A DNA stretch of 64,000 bases. It comes from Vitrella brassicaformis CCMP3155 (lineage: Eukaryota; Protista; Chromerida). The stretch's first letter is position 1. Each line of letters opens with the position of its first letter. Shown one piece after another: positions 49,201-61,766 of the stretch. The stretch spans positions 372,001 through 436,000 of the forward strand of contig CDMY01000385.1 in assembly GCA_001179505.1 (NCBI GenBank), read 5' to 3'. The notes beneath the pieces were generated by a model. That model ran no database searches, was not told where the DNA came from, and worked only from the letters and a program-made list of their open reading frames with translations. A program made the position numbers and the translations under genes.

Positions 49201-51770
49201 GCGGATCTGAGGCTCCCTCTCGGCTCGCAGGGATCATGCAGGGCGTGCGCGAGTCGAGAGGCTCCTCGAACGGCAGAGGCCCACTCGTCGGGCCGCCGCC
49301 AGACGCCGCCGCCATTCGCAAGAAGCCGACGGGGGTCTTCGAGGGCTCCACAGGGATGGGCGTGGAGGGACAGGAGCTGTCGCAGTCCCTTCAGCGGCAG
49401 ATCAACATGGACCATCACAGAATATTCGACCTGGAAGAGAAAATGAAGAACCTCGAGGTGGCACACTGATGGAAAGAAGGGAAGCCTTCCAAATTTCTGT
49501 ACTTGCTTTCAGGCTTTTGAGTTGGCGGAGCTGAGCTCGAGCATGAGCACACTGAATGCCGAGTTCCAGGTCTTGTCGGGAGACGTGACGGACAAGGCCG
49601 GACAGATATACAAGTGAGCAAGCGAACAACGCGCACACACGCGCACACGGACTTGGTGGCCATTGTCTGCCCTGCGTGCCTGTCTGCCTGTCAGGATGAA
49701 GGAGGACTTTGGCAATCTGGGTCTGGAGTTCAAGACGGTAAGCGGCAATTTAAAGCAGATGGCGTGGGAGGCCAAGGAGGCCGTTAAGAGCCTACGCAAC
49801 GAGGTGCTCTACAAGAAGGCAAACATGGAAGATCTCGAACGAATCGCCGAAAAGGTCACAGCTCGTTCGCGAAAGCGTGTCGCAAATCCGTGTCTCGGTC
49901 GTCCCTCGTCTATGCAGGTGAAGGTGATGGATCGGTCTTTGCACGACAACCGCAGCCTGCTTAGCGGCACTGTGAGCGAGGAGGCTGTCCGTCGTGCCCT
50001 TCTAAACTTCGAGGACCGACTCATCGGTCTGCAGAGACAGATGGAGGCCACACTGCAATTCGCCAAGAAAGGAGTGAGTCGGAAATGAGCGGAAGCGAGT
50101 GGCATGTGATTTGTTTGTTGCTACAGGGCCGTGGCATGACGCGTGAAGACGCTGAGCTGACGGGTGGCACTTTGAACAAGATAGATGAATTCAACCGCGA
50201 GATCGAGAGAAACGAAGAAGTCACGGCGCAACTCGCAAAGTGACTCAAACAGAGAAGACAGCCTGAGACATGCATGGCATGGACCAACACTCACTGTCTT
50301 TGTGTTTGCGATGCAGACTTCAGGCCCGTTTCCGCGCCATGACTGACGAGCGCGAGAAGGATGCAGCCGAGCTCAAGAAGGTGGTTGGCCTCACCCGCGC
50401 CATCCAAAAAGACGCAGACGCTTCTACCGACCACCTCCGCCGCATCGATGCGGTCCTGAAGCTACACGCAGAGAAGTTCGCCCGGCACGCCACCGTCCGT
50501 GAGGCCTTTGCCGAGTTCGCCCAGTCCCTCGACGCAGTGCAGCACCGACTGGACGAGAAGGACACCAAAGACCCGATGGCAGCCAGTGGCGGCAAGACTC
50601 GTCTCGCCAAGAAACGGGGCGGGCAGCCGGAGCTGGGAGAGGCGATCGAGAGTCTGAAGGCAGCCATGACAAGTGCCGCCAGCGGGGCAGACATCCAGGA
50701 GCAGCTCGACGATTTCAGGGTGGAGACACGGGAGGAGATGGCCCGCCAGCTGCGGCTGTTTGACCTGCGCCTGGCGCCGGCCTTTGACGAGGTGCGTGAT
50801 CGCCTCAGCCGCAAGGCGGATGCGGCGGCGCTGAAGACCAAGGTGGACCTGACGGACTGGCAGAAGCTGAAGGAGCGGCTCGAGGACTTTGAGAGGTACA
50901 TCGGGGGAAAAGACGGCTTCAGGACTCTCCTCTCGCGGAAGCCCCTGCAGGGCACTCTCTGCGCCTCGTGTGATAGGGAAATTGACCAACTAGCGAGTAA
51001 CACGGATGGCCAATAAATGGCTTGCTCTTGTATGTGCATGTCTGGTGATGTCGCTGTGTCTGTATGCAGCCACAACAGGAGGCCCTAGCACATGGAAGAA
51101 GCTCCCGCCGCGCGAGCCGCCCCCCACACTCCCTCCCCCCGCCAGCAGCCTCCCTCCCGCCGGCACCACACTCCCGCTCATCCCAACAGCCAACGGATCG
51201 ATGGCACAGCTGGACGCCTCACAGCAACACCACAATGTCGGGATGCCGGCTCTGCCGCCAAATACAGCTCGTGCCTCGCTGCCACCCGTGCTGAGCCCCG
51301 ACACCAGCAACCCCCCACACACGTCGAGACAGGCAGGGGGTGTCGATCTGTCCATTGGAGGCACGCCAATCAGGCGTGTCCAGCCTGGTGTTGCAGGCAA
51401 TGAGGGCGAGGGCGGTGCTGAAGATGAAGGAGGGCAGCAGACCAGCGCCGGACCACAAGCCGCAAATGGGAAACAGACGAATGGAGGTAGGTGCCAAGAG
51501 GTCCAAATATGGATGCTCCCATTTGCGTGTCTCTCTCTCTCTCTCCCTCTCTCTCTTTTGTCCGATAGCAGCTGGACGTCTTCCGTCTTTGAACAGCAGC
51601 AGCGAGAGGTGGATGCCTGGCTCGCGCCGGCCGAACTCGCCAAATCAGGAGGATGGAGGAGCGGGAGAAAGACAGGAGGGGACAGACAAGGTGGTTCTTG
51701 CCATCACCCCGACGCCAAGAGAGGAAAAGAAATAGGAGCCCACGGAACGATTGTTTTTGACTTGCATTGA
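46245..51770 (+). CDS. Very large coiled-coil protein with DUF4795/QRICH2-like CxxC motif near the C-terminus, multi-exon
   Basis: Many heptad-rich exons. KVDLTDWQKLKERLEDF...GFRTLLSRKPLQGTLCASCDREI precedes a Pro-rich tail. The last exon boundaries are uncertain. Confidence 0.65.
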
Positions 51771-52003
51771 CATCTGCTCACATTCTTCATGCATGCGACG
51801 TTCACGGTATCTCATGTTTGCGCGCATGCGCATACATGCATGAGGGATTAGGCGTTGACTCGACACACAATCATCTTACTGCACAAAACCATCTGCAACG
51901 CCAAATCGTCCGAACACCGAAGCAACACCCACCAAGCAACCAGAGCGAACCACTTTGTCTCAGTCCGCTCGAAAGACAAGCGGTCAGGCACATCCACTGA
52001 ATC

Positions 52004-53000
52004 ATGACACTTGTCATTTCTCTGGTATGCATCCACAGAGTGCGGAAAAGAAGCAGACGGAAGGAACGGCCAAGAGCCTTGCGAGCTAAGCTTGCCAAGC
52101 GGTGAGTGGAAACGATCGACGAGCAGTTGTGCAATGATTGAAAGCGTAGCCTTTCCGCACTTCGATGGTGACAAGGAGAAGGAGGCGGCTGGAACGGCTG
52201 TATCTGTGCCCATCGGCGGCAGCCAGGAGGCAGCTATGACCTTTTGCGTTGTGCTGCCGCAACCTGACGCTAACGTAGAGGTGCGCATCGCGTCACACAC
52301 GACATCCACAGGGACAGTGGCTGGCTGTGGTGGTGTTAATTGCAGGTTGAGAAGGGCGTGTATGAAGGAGGAGTGCAGATCTGGGAAGGGTCACGCGACT
52401 TGGTTGCCTTCATGGCCCGGCAGAGGCAGGAGGGCGTTGATTGGTGTGCTGACAAGGTCGTCATGGAGCTAGGTCAGCGGATGAATCAGTTGCAGACATG
52501 CACCTATCATTCTGTCATTCTGTCTGGCAGGTTGTGGCCATGGCCTGCCTGCCCTCTTTGCGCTGCAGCATGGGGCCAAGAGCTGCACCTTCCAAGACCT
52601 CAATCCGGCTGTCTTGCACAACATCACTGCCCCGAATGTGGCCCTCAACGTTCCCTCCGACGCTTCAAGATGCCGCTTCGTGAGTGGCGACTGGCCTTCC
52701 CTGCCCCGGCTGTTCGCCAGCGAGCAGCTCGATGCGTGTGACGTGATATTGAGTGCCGAGACGCTGTACAGAGAGGAGGGCTTTGGTGACATTGCTGCCG
52801 TGTTGAAGGCTGGTCTCAAGACAGGCGGTGTGGCGCTGTTCGCGTCCAAACGATACTACTTTGGTGTGGGTGGTGGGAGTGTGCTGTTTAGTCAGTATAT
52901 TGCGTCTACCTGTGGGAGCGACTTGCGTGTGGATAGTGAGAGTGTGATTGAGGACCAGCGCAGCAACGTGAGAGAGATACTAAGAATTGTGAGGACCTGA
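52004..53000 (+). CDS. METTL18: Histidine protein methyltransferase 1 homolog (METTL18/Hpm1, seven-beta-strand methyltransferase)
   Basis: GVYEGGVQIWEGSRDL, KVVMELG|CGHGLP, FQDLN, SGDW, DVILSAETLY and ASKRYYFGVGGG. The start position is uncertain. Confidence 0.88.
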
Positions 53001-53426
53001 AGTCAAGACTGCATTGCTGCATATATACATGTCCACGAGTCTTGCAGCGATGTTGACTCCTATATTGACATCACAAGCACTTGAATGAATCCATCTGTAT
53101 GGTGCCCTTGTCTTCTCTCCTGTTGTCAGTCTTCCTTGACTGCAGCAGTGATGTGAAACACCAGCGCAGCTGCATCAATGGATAATCGACAGCGGAAGGA
53201 GGCACGAGAAGACAAGGGGAGCCTGGCGCAGTGAGCAGCATGAATAAAGAGGGCGACCTGGTCAGGAAAAAATGTCACACCAGCAGCAGATGTACCTGTC
53301 CGAGGGAAAAATGACGCACCCAACACCTGTACACCCATCTGTCACCCTCACCTTCCTTCATCACATAAAACCACTCGAGCACACCAACACAGCAGCAAAC
53401 AGACCGACCGCACACACACACATTCT

Positions 53427-54014
53427 CTACGCTCTGAAGGTGCCTCCAAAGGTGCCTTCGAGAGTCGACACGGCAGACGCATCAGAGCGAGGGCCATCAC
53501 CAGGGAGGGGCTTGCCGCCAGACAGGTGGCTCCAGATTGCCGACACACCGAGCTCCAACGCCGCCAGCCGCTCCACAACGGCACCCTGAGCCGCCTCGCC
53601 CTCGGGAGCAGTCTTGCCGCCGATCGCCCTCCTGAGCCTCGAATTTTCCGCTTCCAGCTCCCTGATGCGGGTCTCCTTCTTGGTGAGCAGCGCCATGAGG
53701 CTCCTCGTGGTCGGATCAGACGCCAGCGCGCGAAGAGCGCTTTCACCTTCCTCGCTGTGGGGCGGCAGTCCGTCGATGGGAGGGTCCTGACCAATGTGCA
53801 GCATTCCTCCGTGCGGCTCGTGCGGCACCTCGTGGCTCACGGGATCTGGGCGGGGGACGCTCGCGGATGGCGCTTGCTGCTCCGAGCCAGCCTTGACAGG
53901 GCCGTTGCGGGCGGCTGGTGCGTGGTGCTCGTTGCCGCCTGCGAGGATCTGCGCTGTGTGCGGATGGGACGGCGTCACGATGTGGTCAGACGCGCCAAAC
54001 TGAGGAGAGCTCAT
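53427..54014 (-). CDS. Small hypothetical protein with a short coiled coil
   Basis: Open frame MSSPQFGASD...LLTKKETRIRELEAENSRLRRAI...VVERLAALELGVSAIWSHL with no microsatellites. The 3' end may splice onward. Confidence 0.55.
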   Translation of the reverse strand: MSSPQFGASDHIVTPSHPHTAQILAGGNEHHAPAARNGPVKAGSEQQAPSASVPRPDPVSHEVPHEPHGGMLHIGQDPPIDGLPPHSEEGESALRALASDPTTRSLMALLTKKETRIRELEAENSRLRRAIGGKTAPEGEAAQGAVVERLAALELGVSAIWSHLSGGKPLPGDGPRSDASAVSTLEGTFGGTFRA

Positions 54015-54214
54015 CGTTGACACGGCCGAATAAAGCAATAGAAACGAATGGCCAGGGCGGGGGAATGTGACAGTTCGGAAGAGAGCGGCCCTGTCTGCGA
54101 GCTTGCAACGGCGCGAGCTTTGCCGTTGAGATCCTCTCCACCTTTCTCCCCTCTGTTTTCAGTGAGGCCCACGAAGAAGAGAGCCTCAGCCGTGATCCCC
54201 ACCAGCCTGTCGTC

Positions 54215-56682
54215 ATGGGGAAGAAGAAGAACAAGACCAAGGTGAGAAATGCACGGGATGATTCTCATGCTCTCACATTCTGACCATCCACACGCCTCTC
54301 TTACGTCCCTGTGGTCTCTGTGTGCCTACAGAACAAGTCACAGGCCGCTCCGGCCGCTTCGCCCGCCCAAGCCCCAACATCCCCCTCGCCATCCCCCGAC
54401 GCATCGCCCACGACGAATGCCAACGCCCCCCAGCCGGCCGCACCTGATGCCCCCAACCTCCCACCAGGAGACGACCAAGGCCCCGAGAACGAGCCGGGCA
54501 TCGACCAAGAGCCGGCATCAGCGGACGACAGCAGCACCCCGGCCGAGGAGACGCCGCAGGACACCGACACGACGCCCAAGGAGGACGGAGAGGGGCAGTC
54601 AGCCGGGCAGGAGGACGACGAGCGGCTCATCAATTACCTGAAGGAGCACGAGCTCAGCTTCAGCATCGTCATCAAGGCGATCAAGAAGTGCCGGAAAAAC
54701 CTCGACGCCATCGCTCGGCTGGAGGCACGGCAGCCCCACACGTTGTCGCGGGAGGAGGCCGAGAAGGTCAAGAGCAAGTTGCGGATGGAGCACGAGATGG
54801 CGATGCTGGTCAAGTTGAGAGACGAGTGCCTCAAGGCTGCGAGGGAGGGGGTGGGGAGTGAGGGGGCGAAGGGCAAGGGGCATGCTACGACCCAGACGGA
54901 GATTGTCGTTGTTGAGGTGAGCAGGGAGGGTAGGCAGGCCACGGGAGCACCTCTGTGCCTGTCACATTCCCTGGTTCCCCTGTGTGTCATTATTCCTCTC
55001 TGTGTGTCTGCAGAGTGTTGAGGCGCAGACAGAGGACGGGCCATCGCCTCCTGATGCTGCTGCCGAGTTGTCTGGAGATGACGCTGCTGAGGAGCAACCT
55101 GACGAGCGGCCTGCTGACGAGCCGCCGGCACCTGATCCGGAGCAGCCTCCTGCTGACCACCATCAGCAAAGCACAGACCAAGTAAGACAATCCACAATGC
55201 CACACCGGATTCTGACAGCACTCAAACCATCGCTCCCTCTCTCTGTATGCAGCCGCCGCCGTGCCAACAGGGTGAGACCGCCGAGGAGGCCGTCATGGTT
55301 GACACCATGCAGTGGTTGGGGCAGAATGTCGAGCTGCACGGCGGCCGCCAGCCTCCTGAGGCCTTCCAACCCCGTGCTTACTTCGGCATGCAGCCGGAGG
55401 GCGGGGACCGACCGGGCTACTACAGCCCTCCCCCCAACTACCGCCTGGAAGCGGACGCCGGTAGTGAGCCGAACTTCCTCCCAAGTGGCTGAACAGCAGC
55501 AACAGCCAGTGGAGCCACAGCAACAGCCACAGCAGGGGGGCCAGGGAGTACAGCAGCAGCAGCAGCAGCAGCAAGAGGGTGATGTGATGGTCGGTCCCCC
55601 CTCTCACCCTGCAGCAGCACTCGGCCAGTTCAACAATGGTGAGGCGTCCCCCGCAGGTATTGTTGCTCAGCCTCAGCTGCAGCCAATGCCCGCGTTCGTG
55701 CCGCCGTCCATGCCCAACTCGGCCCACTCCCTCCCTCCCCCGCCACCCATTGCCGTGGCCATGGAGACGCCGCAGTTCCCCCCGGCTGGGGCGCAGCAGG
55801 GCGCTGCTACTGGTGCTGAGGGACGAGATGGGCAGGGGCAGGGGGAGGGGGAGGCGGTGTTGGCGCCTCCGGCTGTGGTGCAGCGCGTCGGTGGTGGTGA
55901 GGGAGGGGACCCGGTGATGGTGCAGCCATTTGTGCCCCCCCAGCAGATGATGCCAGCGGCGCCGCCTGCGCCCTCTTCCCGCATACCCCTCTCCCCATGA
56001 TGGCCCTCCCGGCCATGGGCAACGGCATGCAGCCAGGCTCCATGATGCCCATGATGCCCCAACTGTTCGGTCCGGCTGCTCCCCCGCCACCCCCGCCCAT
56101 CCAGTTCGATCCGACGCCGTTGGTCCACGAGTCCGCCACGGCCATCGCCAACTTCCCCCCGCCACCCGCCCATGAGGTGAGGAAAGAATGCACACATACA
56201 CTATGATTGTGTGTAAGCACCTGTGTGTATGTGCGTATGTGTGTGTGCAGCACCAGGGCGGCTATGGAGGCTGGGCAGGGGCCAACGCCAGTAGGGCCGC
56301 CAACATGTATGCCGCTCAGCAGCAACACCAGCACTATCAGCACCAGCACCAGCACCATCCCCACCACCAACAGCCGGCGTATGGCGGCTATGGGCCGGGT
56401 TACAATGCCTACGGTGCCAACTACGGCCAGATGAACCAGTACGGCAATGCCCAGCCCCACGCCAACCAGCAGCAACAGCAGCAGCAGAGATTCCCCACCA
56501 TCCTCCCCAGCCCAGGTGCCAATGGACAGCAGCACAGTTACCGCCGCAACGAAGACAATCGGCAGAACGGGCGGGGCGGCGGATGGCGCGGCCCGAGGGG
56601 CGGGCCAGGAGGCAACGGGGGCCGGCTGAGAGGACGCAACGGGCGAGGAGGCGCAGCAGGTGAGAGCCGCGGTCGGCACTAG
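54215..56682 (+). CDS. Caprin-like RNA-granule protein (helical domain + Q/P-rich + Y/G/Q prion-like + RGG tail), multi-exon
   Basis: MGKKKNKTK|NKSQ start; IVIKAIKKCRKNLDAIARLEARQPHTLSREEAEKVKSKLRMEHEM helical segment; C-terminal YGGYGPGYNAYGANYGQMNQY and RGGGWRGPRGGPGGNGGRLRGRNGRGG. The family label is by resemblance only. Confidence 0.65.
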
Positions 56683-58742
56683 GAGATGGCCCACGGGAGG
56701 GCGTCCTGGACGTCTGTTTTGTGTTTTGGGACGTTGGGAGGGATGGGAGGGGGGGAGAGGGTGGGTGAGTACATTTGTATGGATGAGCTGACTGACTGAC
56801 CGTTTCCTCGACTGTTTGCATTTCGTCAGAGATGTCTCCACCTGGCTGCCATGGTGTCACGCTGGCGAGGTGGCCGGCCGGTGGACACATCTCGACTTCT
56901 TGGCTTATACGCCTGGCTGTCCGGCTGTTTGCTTGTGATGCACAGGGAGTGTGTGTGAGTGTGTGTGTGTGCGCCTGATAGACAGCAGTGAATATGACTC
57001 ACCGAACACGCCAGCGAGAGAATGACAGACAGTATGCGTCAAATGGGGGAGGAAGGGCATTGGGCTCACTGTTTGTTCGGGGCCATGTGTGACTGCGAGG
57101 GAGAGGGAGAGAGGAAGGAGAGATCGGGGAGGGGAGTTATGCGTCACTGACTATAGCGTGCTTGCGTCGGTTTCAAAGGGGGAGGCTCGTGCGTGGCTGC
57201 GAATGTGTGTGTGAGTGAGAGAGAGGGTGATGTCGGTCGGACAAAAGACAATCGAGCGGTTCTCAAAGGTTCAACAAGATAATCCAGACCTGGCTCGGTC
57301 AACCGTCAAGGTCACACGCACTGCACACACCCAGCCACACATACGCTACATCACATCCAGCTGCACAAACCACCACACGCAACAGGCGTTCATCTAGCAG
57401 TCCGCCTCGCGGTCGTGCCTCGTTGGCTGGTGTGGCCACATACCCGCAGTATCCCCTGTCCTGGATGGATGGATGGATGGAAAGGTGAAGAAGCTCATTG
57501 TCTATCTGAAGCCTCTGAGGTCAACCTTTCGTTGCTATGCTATGTACTCTGTCTAAGCTTGCTGGCTCTTCTCTGCAACTGCTTCTTGCCAGGGTCATGG
57601 TCAGGCCCTGCGGCTTGGCATTCGGATCAGCCAGCAAACTCTGGCTGCGCCATGTCGTCGACTGTCGGCCAGAAATCATTCTCAAACACAGCACGGCCAT
57701 CCCCGTCCTTGGTGCTCCGGTGACATGCACCGCACATATGCAGAAACAGCACATCCACCGTGCCGTGTGTGGTATGAGCTCCCTCACAGTGCCCGGTAGG
57801 ATCCATTACCTACGACTTTTCTTTGGTGCCCTGTTGGTGAGTCAAACGCGGAAATCCTGCACTCATCTATCCACACACACACACACACACACGCACATTG
57901 CCAAGAGCACTCAACGCACACAATGATCAGTCTACCTGCAATGCATTGACCAACACACATGACACACACGTGTGCTTCTGTCTCGAGGATCCATCAACTG
58001 CAGATCTGACTCTGCAGCGCTAATGAGCAAGGCTCATCTTCAAGGGCCACAGATCCATCGAGTTGCAGCACCCGTCGCATTAGCGATGGGTAGCGGATAG
58101 GCTGGCGTCGTGGTTGCTGCTGCAGCTGCATGGCTCCTCAGCCTCCCCAGAGCCGCCAGGACCCTCCTCCGAGTGCCGAGGAAGAGCTGTCTTCCATTCC
58201 GTCATAAGGGAGATCTTTGAACACTGATGAACGACGCGTAGGCTGATCACCGGAGGAGCTCACGCCCCTTCCTCCTCCACCTCTTTCCTCGCTCTGGTTG
58301 CGAGCTTGTGTGGCGATCTCTTGCGAGCTTGAGCTCGCAAATCAGGACTCCGCTCCGTCAGTTTCTGTTCATTTTGCCCCTCCCGGGGAGATCTAGTGAT
58401 AGATCTGGGTGTGTGGTGCGTTTGCTGGCGAAGAGAGGCCGTCCGTCCCGCGTGCGAGTGAACCACATCAGCTCCACGGTAGTGAGAGCATCCAGCCTGC
58501 CGCCGCACAGCGCAACACCCCCCAGAGGGCCACCGCTGCGTGAGGGAGCCAGCGAGGGAGCGTCCGGCCTTCGGTGGTGCGGATCGACCTGCCATTCTCA
58601 GCTCCGGCCTTTGGTCACGTCCGCGGCGCCTTTGCTTTTGCCGAGCCGCAGGGGTGACGTTTGTGGGGTTTGGGTTGCTGACTGACCCTCATCGTCGCTG
58701 TTCGAGGACAGAACTGACATCACTATCACCTCCGTCGTCCAT

Positions 58743-61700
58743 ATGGACCAGGTGGATCAAACTACTCCCGCTGTGGAGATCCCCGTGGAGATCCCCGTCG
58801 AGTCTGCACCGACACCGGCCAGCATGCCCGAGGCACTGTCGGTCGATGTGACGGGTGCCGCGGCGGGAACACCAGGTGCGGGCCAGGGGGGTGTGAACCC
58901 GGCTGAGAACCCCTTCCACAAGACCAGATACTGCCGATACTGGCTGCAGGTAGGTACACTCACACAGAGAGAGGAGATAGTGGTCAGCCTGTTTGTGTGG
59001 CTGGTCTGCCAATCCGTGCTGACCTGACTGACTACTTCCTGTCGAATGATCGATTCTTTTGTTGATTGATTCTCTCTGTGCTGTGCTGCAGGGCAAGTGC
59101 CTGAGAGGTCCCACGTGCCGCTTCGCGCATTCCTGTAGGCTCAGGGCATCCACACAGGGGGAAATGGTGTCTCATCGGTTGCTTCTCTGCCTTTGTGTGG
59201 TCGTGTGTGTAGGCGACGAGCTGAAGCAGAAGCCAGAGCTCAGGAAGGTATGCCCACAGGCAGTGAGGCCGGCAAGCCAGCGCGTGTACACACCTGTTGC
59301 CCGTGTGATGTCATGTCATGCGTCAATCAGACCAAGTTGTGCGAGGAGTTCATGAAGGGCCTCTGCGACGACCAAAACTGCAACTTCGCCCACGGTGAGT
59401 TGTGTCAGGCAGACAGGCAGGCAGGCAGGCAGGTACCAACACGACTGGCGGCACGGTGGCATTGTCTGTCTGTCTGACGTATATATGTGCAGGTGTGAAG
59501 GAGCTTCGTTCGACGGAGGAGTTCTACAAGACATCGCTATGTATTTTTTGGAAGAAGGGCCACTGCGAACAGGGGTGAGCCAGCCCAGCCAAGCAAAACA
59601 GACAGACCAATGACTGCACACACCCACACCCACATTCACACGCCCTCCCCTGCCCTGCCTTGCCTTGGCTGCCTATGTGTGTGCAATGCAGTGCGAACTG
59701 CCGCCACGCCCACGGCCCTGAGGAGCTGCGTCCCAAGAAGGCCCCTCCCCGCCGTAGGGACAGCCGGGAGATGCTGGGGCGGGCCGGCATCGGCCCCTAC
59801 CCGCCATACATGCAGCAATACGACTCCCCCATACGAGACGGCTACAACAGGATGGGCATGGGCATGCAGCGCACCAGATACCCTCCCACCACCATGGCGC
59901 ACCCGCCCTACCGCCGCCCCCGGGGCGACAGCAGCGGCCAAATCTCCTCCACCGGCAGTCGGCGTGACGACAACATCATGCCCATCGCCGGCAGCCCCGC
60001 TGCACAGCGACAGATGCAGCATCACCCGCAGGAGCAGGACCAGGCTCTGTCCAAGTCGGAGATGTTTCGCCAGGAGATGGAGAGAAGAGGCCGGCCCAAG
60101 AGCCCCGGGGCACTCTCCGACCCAGGCGACGCTGCACGCCGGGTGGCCATGATGCAGGGCCAGGAGCACCGCGTCGGGGAGGTGGGCCACGAGGGTGGCG
60201 TGCCCATTCCGCAGGGCGAGGGCGGCTCCGACAACAGCGACCCCACACAGACGCGCGACCCCGAGAGCGCCGATGCCAACGGTGCGCGGCTGCGTCCCCT
60301 GGAGCACGAGAAGGAGGTGAGCGGCAGCATGGACCACAGTGAGGAGCCCGAGCCGGAGCACCGCGGCCCCTCCCGCAGCAACAGCGGCAAGGTGCGCAGC
60401 AGGAACGGACGCAAGAGGGGCCAGACTGGCGACATGATCATCCCCGAGGGTGGCTCTCCTGGCGTCGGCATGGCCATCGACAACAAGGGCGGGCGGCGGT
60501 CGTCGGGCCGCTACGGAGGCAGCAAGGCAAGACACTCGTCCTCGTTCTTCCCCCCCGCTACTGCTGAGCCCGTCATGGGCATGGGTGCCATGCCGCCATA
60601 CCAGACGTCGCCCATCCAGGTGTTCCCCTCCGACGTAGCTGCCGGGGCGCCCGCGTATGGGATGCAGGGTGGGTGGGAGGGCTACCCGGGCGGCTACTAC
60701 GACTACCCCTACGCCAGCCAGCCGGCGCCACGCATGGAGGACTTCGGCTTCCAGCAGGGCGCCCCCATGGCCCAGCGCAACGCCATCGTCCAGATCACGC
60801 CATCGACTGGCGGTGCATACCCGCCACCACCCCCCATGGCACCCCCTCCCCCACCGCGCACCAACTACCCACCGCCCCCTCCTAGTGGCGGCCACTCGAC
60901 CCAGAAGATGCAGCCGGGGCCGCCTGGGGCGTTCCACCACCAGCAGCAGCAGCAGCAGCAGCCCGAGTTCGACATGAGCGGTTATGGGTACGGGCAGGCG
61001 GCATACGCAACGTCGCCCATGTATCGAATGGACCAGGCCGGCCCGGGGATGTTCGCGATGGGCACGGGGCCCACTGGTGTGTCGGACGTTATGGTTAGTG
61101 GCTCACAGGGATACCCTCCCATGCCCATGCACGGACAGGTGAGTGAGTGAGTGAGTGAGAAGGGCGGGAGGGCCAGTCAGGACATTGACTGATTGCAGAT
61201 GAGTGAGTGTGTCTTCCCTCCCTTGTGTGCGAATGCAGCCTCAGTCGGAGATGCACATTCAGGCCGGTCCTCCCGGGAGCTTCCCTCCCCCTCCCCCCGC
61301 CACCGACAGCGGCATCCCGCTGCACATGCCGTCCCTCCCACGCACCTCCCACCCGGTGCCCTTCGTGCGCCCCGCAGAGGTGGCCTCCACGCAGCGCACC
61401 CCCACCGCCACGAACAGCGAGGGCCGCACTCCCCCCGGCGGCGAAACCACCAGCACCACTGCCGGCAGCTACGCATACAGCCCCGCCGGCTTCGTCACGG
61501 TGGCGGGCCTCTCGTCCCCCTCGCCCGTGCAGTCGACCAATGGAGGCGGCCACTCGAGGCAGCGCCAGCAGAGGAGGAGCGTCACCAACCAGGCCCAACA
61601 GCAGCAGCAACAGCATCAGATGGCCCAGCCGCCGCTCCCCCAGCCGCCCTCGGTGGTGAGCACTCCCATGCCGTCGACGAGCATGCCGATGGCGCAGCAG

Positions 61701-61766
61701 TCCCCCGTCGGGGCGCACGACGCCTCGCCCATCATCTTCGTGTCGCAGCAGAGATACGAAGAGTGA
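58743..61766 (+). CDS. Tandem CCCH zinc-finger RNA-binding protein (3 fingers), paralog B
   Basis: FHKTRYCRYWLQ|GKCLRGPTCRFAH, RK|TKLCEEFMKGLCDDQNCNFAH and FYKTSLCIFWKKGHCEQG|ANCRHAHG, followed by a long P/Q/G/M-rich tail. Confidence 0.9.

Noticed and set aside
59636-60940. Long antisense ORFs (434 aa here; also 55807-56841, 33302-34213, 9434-10426)
   Set aside because: They are shadow frames of GC-rich, low-complexity coding exons on the opposite strand, with no independent motifs.
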